Counted from the stretch's first letter, positions 1 to 12,865 are shown. The stretch is 32,150 bases of DNA from Octopus bimaculoides (GCF_001194135.2 NC_068993.1:12729475-12761624); one strand, 5' to 3'. The notes: generated from the sequence alone by a model not told the origin. A program made the numbers and translations.

Positions 1-190
1 GGTGGAGGTGGTGGTGGTGGTGAAGAACATGGTGGAGGTGATGACAGCGATGGTGGTGGTGATGGTAATGACAGTGGTGATGATGCTAATGGAGGAGGAG
101 CTGGTGGTCGTGCTGATGATAGCAGTGGTAGTAGTGGTGTTTGTTGTTGTTCCTGTTGTTGTGGTGGTGGTGGCGACGGTAGTTGCGGTG
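1..190. repeat. Degenerate (GGT/GAT/GTT)n triplet repeat
   Basis: Read directly. It produces the poly-Val ORF 2..247. Confidence 0.9.
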
Positions 191-559
191 ATGTTGTTTT
201 CTTTATTGTTTTGTTTTGTTTTGTGTTTCCCTTTCTTTTCATTTTAATTTTTTTTACTATTGTATTGTTGCAGATTTCGATCGCCGTCAGGTAAAACTTG
301 CAGCCAACCTCGTTCTCTTGTCGGCCAATCTACATAGGGGGCGCCACTTAAGGACTGTCACATGTTCTCTTCTCATACTTTCATCCACTCGGTTCCAATC
401 CTACCTGCAGCTTCAGCGTTGAAGAAAAGGCACCCCACCTCCACAGTATTCTTACAATACCCGGGACCGAATGAGACGAGGAATGAGAGCGGCAAGACAG
501 AGTGGTAGTGGGAGAGATAGGAACAGAGAGGGAGAAAAATGTGTGTGGAGGGAGGAGGA

Positions 560-1200
560 AAAAATTCTGAGTGAGTGATTGAGTGAGTGAGTGAGTGAGT
601 GAGTGAATAAGTGAGTCAGTGAGTGAGAGAGAGAGAGGGAATGAGTTAGAGAAGGAGTGAGTGAGTGAGTGAGTGATTGAGTGAGTGGCTGAGTGAGTCA
701 GTGATTGAGTGAGTGAGTGAGTGAGTGAGTGTGAGAGAAGGAGTGAGTGAGTGAGTGAGAGGAGTGAATGAGTGAATGGGTGCGTGAGTGAGTGGATAAG
801 GGAGTCAGTGAGTGAGAGAGAGAGGGAATGAATGAGAGAATAAGTGAGTGAATGAGTGAGTGAGTGTGTGAGTAAGTGAGTGAATGAGTGAGTGAGTGAG
901 TGATGAGTGAGTGAGTGAGTGAGTGAGTGAACGAATGGGATGGGTAAATGACTGGGATGGTCAAGTGAATGAGTGAGAGAATGAGTGAGTGAATGGGATG
1001 GGGAAATGAGTGGATGACTGAATGAGTGAATAAACAAATAAATGAGGAGTGAAAGAGTGAGGGAGAGAATGAGTTTGTGAGTGTGAGTGAGAAAGTGACA
1101 GGGTAAGTGAGTGAGTGAGTGAATAAATGAGAGTGAGTGAGACAGCCAGTAAGAATGTAAATTTGTGTATATGAGTGAATGAGAGGGAGAGTGTGAGAAA
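560..1200. repeat. Degenerate (GAGT)n tetranucleotide tract
   Basis: Long runs of gagtgagtgagt interspersed with GA dinucleotides. It produces the spurious THSL ORFs on the minus strand. Confidence 0.95.
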
Positions 1201-1455
1201 TAACAGCTAAAGCTTCCTCAAATAATATCCTTCCATATAAAGTCTATAGTGAACGAAGTTACTCCTGCTGAACAATACAAACGGGGTGGAGCACTTATTA
1301 ATCAAAGGTCTGCATGACCGGGAGAATAGCGACAACAAAATACAGGTGACACATGCGAACGCAAAATTTAGACACCTACAAACACAAACACTTAAATGCA
1401 TTGACGAGCAGGCATCATACGTGCACAAGTAAACATAGGCACAAGCACACGAACA

Positions 1456-1487
<32 letters not shown>

Positions 1488-1495
1488 GATACACA

Positions 1496-1866
1496 GTTGT
1501 TGGCACTCCGTCGCTTACGACGACGAGGGGTTCCAGTTGATCCGATCAACGGAACAGCCTGCTCGTGAAATTAACGTGCAAGTGGCCGAGCACTCCACAG
1601 AAACGTGTACCCTCAACGTAGTTCTCGGGGATATTCAGCGTGACACAGTGTGACAAGGCTGACCCTTTGAATTACAGGCACAACAGAAACAGGAAGTATG
1701 AGAAAGTTGTGGTGAAAGAGTACAGCAGGGTTCGCCACCATCCCCTGCCGGAGCCTCGAGGAGCTTTAGGTGTTTTCGCTCAATAAACACTCACAACGCC
1801 CGGGAATCGAAACCGCGATCCTACGACCGCGAGTCCGCTGCCCTAACCACTGGGCCATTGCGCCTC
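1496..1866 (-). mobile_element. tRNA-derived SINE, family A, full-length copy
   Basis: The minus strand reads GAGGCGCAATGGCCCAGTGGTTAGGGCAGCGGACTCGCGGTCGTAGGATCGCGGTTTCGATTCCC, with Pol III A-box TGGCCCAGTGG and B-box GGTTTCGATTCC. The whole body aligns by eye to the copy at 21976-22340. Confidence 0.9.
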
Positions 1867-2610
1867 AACGACAGATACACAAGCACATATGCAAATATTA
1901 TCACATTCTCTCATGCAGTAGCAATTACGCAATCCCGCCAAATATTTCTCACCCTAAAATGAATAAAGACGGATTGAAATGCCTGCTCAAATGTTCATCT
2001 AATTGAGTTTAAGGAATTTTCACAAAAAGTAATGCATAATGTTTAATATTAAACTAATTGTTAATTGTTAATTATTAATCCTTATTCCGAAGATAATATT
2101 TCACTCCATTTTAAAAGAATTCAACATGCAAAATTAACTTTTAAAAACCGTCTCACCCTTCCCTTCGTGCGCTTTTAAATCTTCCAATTACATTTTATAC
2201 GCATAACACACAGAAAAGTACACCGACCATTAAGGACACACGCTTATACATTGATGCATAAAGCCACACATAAACATGCACATACACAGATATGTGTGTA
2301 TAAATATAAATACATACACAGATATGTATGTATGAATATAAACACGTTCTATGTATATAAATCAGTGCAAGCGAATAGCTGTTGACTCTGTGTGTGTGTG
2401 TGTGTGTGTTTGTGTTTGTGGGTGTGTGTGTGTGAGTGAGTGTGTGTACGTGTGTGTGTTGCATTAGTGTGTTGGCTGTCTGTTTTTATATACGTTTCAT
2501 AGCATATAAGTACGTACATGCACATATATATCAATATATGTATATAATTGGCGTATGTGTGTGGATATATATGTACTTATTCACATACATACATTTATAT
2601 ATATATATAT

Positions 2611-2641
<31 letters not shown>

Positions 2642-2660
2642 TAGATATATATTTGACAAA

Positions 2661-3262
2661 GGGTGTGAATAAAACCTACATTGCTAGAAATAGGAGCCAA
2701 ATGCTCCAATGCTGTTACAACGCACATAAAATATACTCAAATAGAGGCTGCAATCGCCCCGAATACCGAACCGAGAATTCCTTAGAGAGACCGGTCAGTT
2801 TCGACAATTGTCGTAGCCATCTTCTGTAAAACCTGCTCGTTCCATTGATTCTAGGCTACCTCACCTATCAGAGTATAAATAGGTACCATAAAAAAATATG
2901 GATGATTTAGCAGATCGCTAATTTGTATACAAAAAAAATTAATAAAAACCGCTGTTTGCAACGTTATACTGTAAAGAAAAAATATAGACGTCAAATAAAC
3001 TTGTCTAAGGGCGTGGATAACATCTACATTGCTAGATATAAGAGCTAAAATACTCTAATGTTGTTAGGGATCTGCTAAATCATCCATAGATTTTTATGGT
3101 GAGTATATATACTCTGGTAGGCGACGTATCCCGGAATCAACCGAAAGAGGTGGCCTTACTGAAACTAACCAGTCAGACTAACCCCTATCAGAGTATAAGT
3201 TATGTAGCAGTATTGGAGCATTTTAGTTTTTATTTCTAGCAACGTAAGTGTTATATACACAC
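2661..3262. mobile_element. MITE-like nested imperfect inverted repeat
   Basis: 2661-2718 is the reverse complement (about 80% by eye) of 3203-3262. About 2780-2915 is the reverse complement of about 3066-3178. A further direct copy of the terminal motif is at about 3010-3065. Confidence 0.65.
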
Positions 3263-3297
3263 TTAATCAAGTTAAGATAACGACTATAATTTTCCTT

Positions 3298-3332
<35 letters not shown>

Positions 3333-3999
3333 TTATATACAGACACACAAATATTGAGGATGTAATGTCCTCGTAAGAGATTCATTTTTCAAATCCAGAT
3401 ATCAACTGGTGTTATCAAATATATTGAAAGAAAATTTCGAAATATATATAGAAAAACTGTCCAATAATGTGTAAAGTTAATAAAAGAAAATAGAGAAGAA
3501 ATATAGTGGATATTTGGATAACTTTATTTGTATCACGATGAAAAAAAGTAATACATAAAAAGATTTAAGATGTAAAGGATTTGAATTAACAGAAGAAATA
3601 AACATAAAAAAATCCTACATATTTTTCGATCCTGCCATTAGGTTTTGATCATCAGCATCCAAGCGATGTTAGATGTAAAATAACTGCACATTATGTCAGG
3701 GTATCATCAGGGAGTGATATTTACTTTCTGGAGGTGAACAACGAAATAATTAAGATGAGGACTGTGTTTTCAAATATTCAAATAAAGTAAAGAATTTGTC
3801 TTCAGTACCCTTAATAGCCCCTAACAGCCATATCATAATTAAAATAATTAAACGACTACGTTATGTTCTTTAGCACTTACAAGTCTATTTTTCAGATACA
3901 TTATAGTATTTTAGCAAGAATTCATTAGATAATATATCTTCCCCTATGAACTCGGCGTCCTAATGAATTATTGTTTAGATTATTTGAATATCTCAAAAC

Positions 4000-4154
4000 A
4001 CGGTCTAGTTTCAGTTTCCGTTTACCAAATCCACTCACAGGGATTTGGTCAGCCCGAGGCTATAGCAGAAGAGAATTGTGCAAGGTGTCACGCAGTGGAA
4101 CTGAACGCGGCACCATGTGGTTGGGAAGCAAACTTCTTACCACACAGCCACGCC
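4000..4154 (-). mobile_element. tRNA-derived SINE, family B (CORE-like), 5' half
   Basis: The minus strand reads GGCGTGGCTGTGTGGTAAGAAGTTTGCTTCCCAACCACATGGTGCCGCGTTCAGTTCCACTGCGTGACACCTTGCACAA, homologous to 20841-21000. Confidence 0.88.
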
Positions 4155-6492
4155 TGAGTCAAGTACTGGGGACGATGTGATCGACTATCACCTCCCCCAG
4201 CAAATTCCAAGCCATATGCCTGCAGAAGAAAAGATTAACATCATTCTCATCACCACCACCACCACCACCACCAGAGAGAGAGAGACAGACAGACAGACAG
4301 AAGAAAGAAAGAAAGACAAAAAGAAATTAAGAGAGTGTTTGAGAAATCCATGAATACATTCATACGTTCATAGACACATTAATGCTGGCACTTTTATTTA
4401 AATATCACACTATTATTCGTGTATATGTCTCTATCAATGTATGCTTGTGTGTGTTTCGCGCGAAAATATATATACGCACTTACATGCGTATATCTTCACA
4501 AACATATNNNNNNNNNNNNNNNNNNNNNNNNNNNNNNNNNNNNNNNNNNNNNNNNNNNNNNNNNNNNNNNNNNNNNNNNNNNNNNNNNNNNNNNNNNNNN
4601 NNNNNNNNNNNNNNNNNNNNNNNNNNNNNNNNNNNNNNNNNNNNNNNNNNNNNNNNNNNNNNNNNNNNNNNNNNNNNNNNNNNNNNNNNNNNNNNNNNNN
4701 NNNNNNNNNNNNNNNNNNNNNNNNNNNNNNNNNNNNNNNNNNNNNNNNNNNNNNNNNNNNNNNNNNNNNNNNNNNNNNNNNNNNNNNNNNNNNNNNNNNN
4801 NNNNNNNNNNNNNNNNNNNNNNNNNNNNNNNNNNNNNNNNNNNNNNNNNNNNNNNNNNNNNNNNNNNNNNNNNNNNNNNNNNNNNNNNNNNNNNNNNNNN
4901 NNNNNNNNNNNNNNNNNNNNNNNNNNNNNNNNNNNNNNNNNNNNNNNNNNNNNNNNNNNNNNNNNNNNNNNNNNNNNNNNNNNNNNNNNNNNNNNNNNNN
5001 NNNNNNNNNNNNNNNNNNNNNNNNNNNNNNNNNNNNNNNNNNNNNNNNNNNNNNNNNNNNNNNNNNNNNNNNNNNNNNNNNNNNNNNNNNNNNNNNNNNN
5101 NNNNNNNNNNNNNNNNNNNNNNNNNNNNNNNNNNNNNNNNNNNNNNNNNNNNNNNNNNNNNNNNNNNNNNNNNNNNNNNNNNNNNNNNNNNNNNNNNNNN
5201 NNNNNNNNNNNNNNNNNNNNNNATTGCTACACTAGTGCTATACTAGGTGCAATCAATGGGAGCGGGTAAAAGTGGAGGTTTTACCCAAAATTTGTGTAAC
5301 AATTAGAAAATGGAGGATAATATGCTGAACCCAACTACTTGCAGACGGTGTATCCCGTTGAATTCATTAATTTAATTCATAGCAAAAGTGACAAAAATGG
5401 AAGAAAAGAAAAAGAAAGAAAGAACCAAAGCACAGGTGTCCATGGCAGACTATGTTATTTTGCCAACATGGTTTACATATAGAAGTACAAAGTACATAAG
5501 GAATTAGAGGATGAACAGAAGTTTAATCTTACAGCTGTTTCGGCCTAGTTTTGGCAGGCCCCATTCTATCACACACACACACACCTCTGTGTGCATGTGT
5601 GTATGTGTGTGTGTTTGTGCGTGTGTATACCAAAACAACTGATTGGAACAGTTTGGTGGGAGAGTATATTTTGTGGTATATTTCCTCTGGATCTGCGTCG
5701 GGAATTCAGCAGTGTTAGTTGAGATAATAATTAATAATTCATGAACGAAACATACGATAGATTTAGCACTAGTTAAAGACTCGTACTAAATCTATCTTTT
5801 CCTTCATCAATTATTATTTATATTTATCATTATCATTATCATTATTATCATCTTTATTACTATAATTAATTTTCTTTGCCTGGTGGCTGTGGCGAGTGTG
5901 GTTGTTTGGTGGACAAAGCTGAAAAACATGAGAACAGATACATTCCCCTTTGGTAGAGCTCTCATTGACTTGAGTTTCACTTGTAAAGGATATTGAGAGT
6001 GGAGAGAGAAGTGCTATCCTCGAGAATGTTTATTTAAAGGCGCATGAAAGTTGCGAAAATGGCAGGAGTGGATGGTACCTTTCTAAGTGTGGACCTGTGA
6101 GTTGGAGAGAATGAATTGGAGAGGGCACTTGCCCCTGAGATTTCAGGGAAATCTCGGACAGTGGGATTCCTCGATGATGCCTAGAGGTCTTCCTGTATCA
6201 TTTTTTTATGTTTTCCGTGAATTTTTCACGGGTCCAGCAAGTCAATAATATTAATACGCTAACTTTTTGTTTTTGTACGTACCTGTTGTGTGCATCACAC
6301 TTACTTGAAAGACCTGGCAAAGCGAGAGAGAGGAGGACAGAGAGAAAGTAAGAGACAAAGAAAGAAGAGAGAGACAGTGAGTAGTGACCGCGTTCGTTTT
6401 GCGTTTTAAATGTTTCAGAGAGGACCTAAGAGTGAAAGAAAGAGAGAGAGAGAGAGAGAAAGAGAGAGAGTGAAAGAGACAGTGAGTGGTGA

Positions 6493-7345
6493 CATGGCTA
6501 ACTTAGTTTTCCACCTCTTGCAGTCTCGAAGTAGAGATTTGTCTACCAGGAGTCGACCCTTGGTACCTCTGCACTTACGCTTGCACCACTTCTGCTCATG
6601 TGGCAGGACTCCATTTTTTTCGAGATGTTCGTACATTAACTCTTCGACGATTCCAGTCAATAATTTCCAAATAAGTGGCAAGCAGGATATAGGCCTCTAA
6701 TTGTCTACCGTTTTGCCTTTTCCGATGTTTTTCAAGTAATGCACTGTTCTACCCATTGTCAACCACTCTGGTGTTAGTTGGTCGGCATTTTATAAGGTGT
6801 TAAGTTGTGCAGCTATTCGTGCATGACATTCACCAAATCTTTTGACCCAGTAACCTTGAACTCGATCTGATCCCGGGGCTTTCCAGTTGGCCATTTCTTT
6901 GCTGATTTCCTTCACTTCCATAACTGAAATGACTAGTTCTGCCTTTTGTGGACAGACTACTGTTTGTTTCAGTTCTTGCAACCATTCAGCATCCTTTTTG
7001 TGCTCCTTCTCTTTGCTCCAGATGTCATTCCAAAACCTTTGACTTTCAATGTTATCTGGCATCATCTTTTTCATCTGCACACTCTCTTTTCTTATGATAT
7101 ATCCATTAATCTCGCCTAAAGTTTTATTCCACACCTGGAAGCGGAAACGCCCAAACACTGACAAGTCTCATATCATTCCAATAATCTTTTCATTATTTGT
7201 TGTTTTTTCTTTGTGTTTCCCGGTGTTGGTTTCCGAAACCTTTGCTGCTCGTAAGATCTTTAGGTCCATTTCCTCTTCAGTGAACCATTTCATTTTGATC
7301 CTTACCTGTTTCTTTCCAACTACGTGTTATAATTTAAACCTCGCT
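6493..7345 (-). mobile_element. R4/Dong-clade non-LTR retrotransposon fragment, pre-RT and N-terminal RT region, inactivated
   Basis: The minus-strand translation gives [58 protein letters not shown] and PHEQK.C.RKCRGTK..LLVDK.....K..KTKLAM. These are characteristic R4-clade RT motifs, with an in-frame stop and truncation before the WIDY..AYD motif. The recognisable part is about 6493-7090, and the 5' boundary is uncertain. Confidence 0.88.
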
Positions 7346-7481
7346 TACCCCATACAGAATTGTTAATACGCTATGTTGACATTACCAGCTTGAGAAATGT
7401 CGGAATAAATTTAATATTCCGGCTAGGAAATCCTGGGTAGCCGAATTGCATATTATATGCGTTTTATTAATAATATGCATG

Positions 7482-7519
<38 letters not shown>

Positions 7520-7913
7520 TTTGTCGCTGAGAAATGTTGCTTGATTCATGGGGAAATCAGCTTGGCTTATTTGAAATTGATATCGGTGTATGCGGAGTGC
7601 GAATAGAAATAAATGTTGTGTATATTAAAAGTATCGATTCTGATGATCTGGGGAAAAAAAAAGTTGGGTAGACTCCCTTAATGTAGGATGAGAGACATTT
7701 AAACAAACGGTTACGGGTTTGGGGAATATTGAGCGAGATAGAGACATCAAATGTATTTAGAAGAATTGCGAAGGGAAATACGTAGCAAAGAATAACTGGA
7801 AGACTTTGCAGCAAATGTTTGACAGAGCAAAGAAGAAGAATGCGTGAATAAATGAAGGAATGAATGAAGACAGGCAGCAAGGAAGGAAGGAAAAAAGAAT
7901 GAAAGAAAGAAGA

Positions 7914-8310
7914 ATCTTCTTCTTCTTCTTCTTCTTCTTCTTCTTCTTCTTCTTCTTCTTCTTCTTCTTCTTCTTCTTNNNNNNNNNNNNNNNNNNNNNN
8001 NNNNNNNNNNNNNNNNNNNNNNNNNNNNNNNNNNNNNNNNNNNNNNNNNNNNNNNNNNNNNTGTCTCTCCTTTTTCTTCCTTTTCTTTTTCTTTTTTTCT
8101 TTTTCTTCTACTTCTTCTTCCTTCTTCTTCTATTTCTTTTTTTATTTATTCTTCTACTTCTTTTCTTCTTCTTCTTCCTCTCCTCCTCCTTCTTCTTCTT
8201 CTTCTTCTTCTTCTTCTTCTCCTCCTCCTCCTCCTCCTTCTTCTTCTTCTTCTTCTCCTCCTCCTCATCCTCCTCCTCTGCCTCCTCTCACTTTCACCTC
8301 TTTTCCTTCT
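7914..8310. repeat. (CTT)n/(CCT)n polypyrimidine tract with gap
   Basis: Read directly. There is an N gap at 7979-8061. Confidence 0.95.
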
Positions 8311-8417
8311 TTTTCTCCGAGAAGGAGAAATACTTAACCTCCAAGGCATTCTAGCAATGGCAACGTCAACCTTTATCTAGGCGATATTCGGTTGCTATTT
8401 CTAGCAAACCTAACCAC

Positions 8418-8917
8418 AACACACACACACACACACACTCACGTATGTATGTATGTATGTATGTATGTATGTATGTATGTATGTATGTACGTATATATGT
8501 ATGTATGCATGTATGTATGTATGTATGTATGTATATGTACTCTCGTATTCTGGATGGTGACGTGTAGTATCAAACCTGAGCCAACCTTTCCGGATGCTGA
8601 CAGAGTGCTGAGGTGGGGGAGATTATTAAGGGGAGTGATGACTGATGTTGCAGAGTGTTTCTCATAATCTTTGCTGTCATTTGATGTAAATTTATCAAAC
8701 ACATGAAAATACATCCTCTGATGATGTTTGTTCGCATGAGTATATTTGTGTCTCATAAGGCGTGTATGTCTGTTATGTGTATATGTCTGTGAGTGTATGC
8801 ATATATATATATACATACATATATGTGTGTGCAAATGTGTGTATATATATATGTATATATAAACATATATATGTACAGACACACAAACATAGATAAGCAT
8901 GTATCTATATGCATATT

Positions 8918-8974
<57 letters not shown>

Positions 8975-8975
8975 T
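8418..8975. repeat. (CA)n, (TATG)n and (TA)n microsatellite cluster
   Basis: Read directly. A short unique segment at about 8540-8760 separates the tracts. Confidence 0.9.
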
Positions 8976-9339
8976 TAAGCTAACAGATAGATATCAGTAT
9001 TTAAATATCTAATACCAACATTTTTCGTCTCGTTAGTTCCTGTATTTCTATATGTAACTTTTAATCTTGTTCTCCCTCTAATAAATATTTTATTGGGTTA
9101 CTTTTTTTTTATAGTTATCTGCATTTTTATGCATATCAACACCAACACCAACAACAGCAACACCGACTCCAACACATATGCAGACGCATAGAGAAATAAA
9201 GAAGTCTATCGCCTTCGTAAAAACATCACCTTCAAGCGCAAATGCATATGTTTGACTGCATATATACGCTTGTGCATATCCGGAATGGTTGTGTTTGTAT
9301 TATGTATATTTATGTTTTATGATGTCTGTATATAAGTTT

Positions 9340-9605
9340 CTTGCATTCATGTATGTATATATGTGTGTATGTATATATGTGTGTATGTATGTATGTGTGT
9401 ATGTATGTATGTATGCATGTATATTTGTATGCATGTACGTATGTTTGTATGTTTGCATGTTTGTGTGAATGTATGCGTGCATACATGTATGTCTGCATGT
9501 AAGTATGTATTTACGAATGTATATATGTCTATACATGTGTATCTATAGGATTCATATACATGAGCGGTTATGTCTGTGTGTGTGTGAATGTGTGTACGGC
9601 ACACA

Positions 9606-9636
<31 letters not shown>

Positions 9637-10105
9637 NNNNNNNNNNNNNNNNNNNNNNNNNNNNNNNNNNNNNNNNNNNNNNNNNNNNNNNNNNNNNNNN
9701 NNNNNNNNNNNNNNNNNNNNNNNNNNNNNNNNNNNNNNNNNNNNNNNNNNNNNNNNNNNNNNNNNNNNNNNNNNNNNNNNNNNNNNNNNNNNNNNNNNNN
9801 NNNNNNNNNNNNNNNNNNNNNNNNNNNNNNNNNNNNNNNNNNNNNNNNNNNNNNNNNNNNNNNNNNNNNNNNNNNNNNNNNNNNNNNNNNNNNNNNNNNN
9901 NNNNNNNNNNNNNNNNNNNNNNNNNNNNNNNNNNNNNNNNNNNNNNNNNNNNNNNNNNNNNNNNNNNNNNNNNNNNNNNNNNNNNNNNNNNNNNNNNNNG
10001 TGTGCATGTATGTATGTGTGTGTGTGTGTGTGTGTGTGTGAGTGTGCGCGCCCGCGTGTGTTGGTCTGTGTGTGTGTTTGTGTGTGTGTGTGTTTGTGTC
10101 TGTGT
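9340..10105. repeat. (TATG)n/(TG)n/(TA)n tracts around a gap
   Basis: Read directly. There is an N gap at 9637-9999. Confidence 0.9.
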
Positions 10106-11764
10106 AGTGAATGCACGAAAACGTCTTTAATAGCGTGTTTCGACGTGAGATGAAAGAGTGAGAAATATGGGTGTGTACCATGAAAATAAAACGAAGATCA
10201 AAAGGTGACTAATTAAACCAGAATCAAGCGAGCGGAGAGGAGGGAAAAAATTCTGCAGTGAAGGTAGGTGCGCGCGCGCGCGATGGTTTTCGAATGTGTT
10301 TGCGTGTGTATGAGAACTTCTCAACACATCAACGTTACTAGCAAGTTACTAACCACACATGCATGTACGCCCACATACAAACTCTAATATACACTTTGTA
10401 ATTACCAGCTGACTCTTCGAAATTATCTTCTACTAGTTCTACTGGTTTTCTTTTAAGCGACTAACATAAAAAATACACAAGAAACTGCCAAGTTAGCACT
10501 CGCATCAGTCAGATAGCTGCATGGACTGATATTATTGTGTTAATCCTAAAGTTAACTACATATTAACACATGCATATGCCGTTGTATTTGTGTGCGTTTA
10601 GGAAAGAAAGAGTGCATTTGCAAATTCTGCAACTAACAATATGATTGCGAAAAAGAAAATGATATAGAACTCAATACCAGTGATAGAGCAAATATTATAT
10701 ATTTTATTGGGATATATATACATATATATATATATTCTAATTGTAAAAGGTTGTTGTGATTCTGTGACAAATCCTAGGACAGGACTGATAGGTGAATCGA
10801 GAAACTTTCTTGTCGGATTTACCAGCGATAGGAGATTACTGATGCTTCAACCTTGCTTACCAGCTAGTGTGTGTGTGTGTGTGTATGTGTGTGTGTGGGT
10901 GTGTGTGTGTGTATTTATAAATGTGGTGTTTTGGAAACTGGGGTTTGCTGCTGTTGTTACAGCTATGGACAAATAACATCAGTTTTATCACTGGCCATGG
11001 ACGGGAGAAGGACTCACTCGGCTTCCTGGCTAGCATCTGGCACTGAGAGCAGTGTGACCTCCACTGCTGATTCGGGTAATACTTCGTGAACTACAACAGT
11101 TTCTAGAACTTCTTGAGCCTCCAGGAGTTCTGGGATTTCCTGACATTTGTCAATGAATGAGCAGCTATTCGCTTTAGTTTTTTTTATTTAATGTATAAAG
11201 TAGAAACTCCATAAATTTGTTTTGCACTAACATGTGTAAATATTGAACTCTCCTCTGCCTCAAAATTCTCTTCACCTTTCATTCTGAACTCTCAACGGGA
11301 CAGGGTTCCAATATACGACTGAGATCTATGGGGACCTTTTGGATTTGTACATCTAGTGAGACCTTGCCTTTCACACTTCATTCCCGTCACTTCGGCACAC
11401 GAACGTGTAAATGATTAAAAAATTAGCATCGCTGGCAATATCTTATATTATGACCATCCTATTTTACAGATTACTGCAGTGCAGGTTCAGTGTGTAGACA
11501 GGCGTTTGACATACGAAGTCATCCTGTCACTTCGCTCCTATGTAGGGAGTAAATTTTACTGACATGTTTGAGCGGAATATCGCCTTAACAGAAGAAGATG
11601 TTCAAAATGACTGAGTATTGTTTTTCTTTCAAGAATAATCGGTCAATTTCCATAAGTTAATTGCCAATAAATCTGAACAAAAAAAAATCAATCACATTTT
11701 GAAAAATATTCAGAGAGGTTAATGCATAACAAAGCTGCGAAAACAAGACATCTTGCCGTGACAA

Positions 11765-11809
11765 TAAATATCAACAACAACAACGACAACAACAACAACA
11801 GTAATAATA

Positions 11810-11878
<69 letters not shown>

Positions 11879-11880
11879 GC

Positions 11881-11925
<45 letters not shown>
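11765..11925. repeat. (CAA)n/(TAA)n tract, the expanded 3' tail of the adjacent minus-strand SINE
   Basis: Read directly. It abuts the AGAAAGGATT 3' end of the family C SINE. Confidence 0.9.
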
Positions 11926-11927
<2 letters not shown>

Positions 11928-12130
11928 TCCTTTCTACTGGAAGCACAAGGCCTCAAATTTTGGGGATGGGATTAAGTCGATTACATCGACTCCAGTGCGT
12001 CACTGGTACTTATTTAATCGACTCCAAAAGGATGAAATGCAAAATTGACCTCGGCGGAATTTGAACTCAGAGACGAACGAAATACTGCTAAGCATTTTGT
12101 CCGGTGTGCTAACGATTCTGCCAGCTCACC
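11926..12130 (-). mobile_element. tRNA-derived SINE, family C, full-length
   Basis: The minus strand reads GGTGAGCTGGCAGAATCGTTAGC...GAGTTCAAATTCCGCCGAGGTCAA..TTTCATCCTTTTGGAGTCGATTAAATAAGTACCAG...AGAAAGGATT(ATT)n. Homologues are at 12680, 17876, 17999 and 23968. The central motif resembles my recollection of the MetaSINE-type domain (unverified). Confidence 0.88.
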
Positions 12131-12679
12131 GGACGCGCTGCCTGTTATGATCTTAACTGATTAGAAGTGTTATTATGCTCACGATTTGTCTTCGTATAAA
12201 AGATGGGCTACTGCAAATATTCTGCTCAATACCACACATGTGCTTGCTTAACCTTAATCAGTTGAGCATGTCCCTCGGTGGCATGCATCTCTGATCACAA
12301 ACAGAAGTAATGGGTGGGGAGGCACCATGACCGTTTGTCGAGGGGAATATCTTTAGGGTTTGAATAATTCACCTCTGCAAGCATGAGTGTTTTGTTCGAC
12401 ATCCTTAAACAACCCTTATTCATGAATCTTTTGAGTGGGATGTTATCCACCACCTGCAGAATATTGTCGCTGGGCGCTCGACCTGATGAAGATTTTAACT
12501 GAGCCCTATCTTGGTATGAGATCACCATTTGTCGCACATATGGTTGTAGTGCATGCGTCTGATGTACCCTTATCAGACGGGTAGTCAACACGTATTTATT
12601 TGGCTTCATGTATTTGTACCCCAGTGTTACTTTTATGGTATGTGCTGCCCTCTCACTCAATAATAACAATAATAATAAT

Positions 12680-12865
12680 AATCCTTTCTACACAAGGCCT
12701 GAAATATTTGGGGAATTGGACAGTCGATTACATTGGCCCCAGTGTTCAATGGATACTTATTTTATCGATGAAAGGATGAATAGTAAAGTCAACCTCGGCA
12801 GCGTTTGAACTCAGAACGTAAAGGACAGGCAGAAATACCGCAAAGCGTACTAACGATTTTCTAGC
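12680..12865 (-). mobile_element. tRNA-derived SINE, family C
   Basis: It shares AATCCTTTCTA, GTCGATTACAT..CCCCAGTG, CCTCGGC and TTTGAACTCAGA with 11926-12130, and has a short (TAA)n tail at 12658-12680. Confidence 0.87.

Noticed and set aside
381-1037. 218-aa THSL-repeat ORF on the minus strand
   Set aside because: It is the translation of the (GAGT)n tract and has no domain-like sequence.
4382-5269. Long ORFs spanning N gaps (also 9469-10181, 24436-25074, 26360-27520, 28244-29071, 29591-30654)
   Set aside because: Their length comes from untranslatable N runs and microsatellites. Only the Tx1-like part of 29591..30640 is meaningful.
5255-5305. MGAGKS, a Walker-A-like peptide
   Set aside because: It is only 16 codons before a stop, with no supporting context.
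8540-8760. Unique segment open on the minus strand (SKDYEKHSATSVITPLNNLPH...)
   Set aside because: It has no recognisable homology and weak splice signals, and it is embedded in microsatellites.
11468-11551. DYCSAGSV after an acceptor-like AG, resembling STE20 kinase EYCGAGSV
   Set aside because: The downstream residues do not match kinase subdomain V-VI, and a stop follows within 28 codons.
12295-12669. 124-aa ORF on the minus strand
   Set aside because: It has a non-ATG start and no recognisable motif, and it lies between two SINEs in what I recall as another interspersed repeat (not verifiable from this window).
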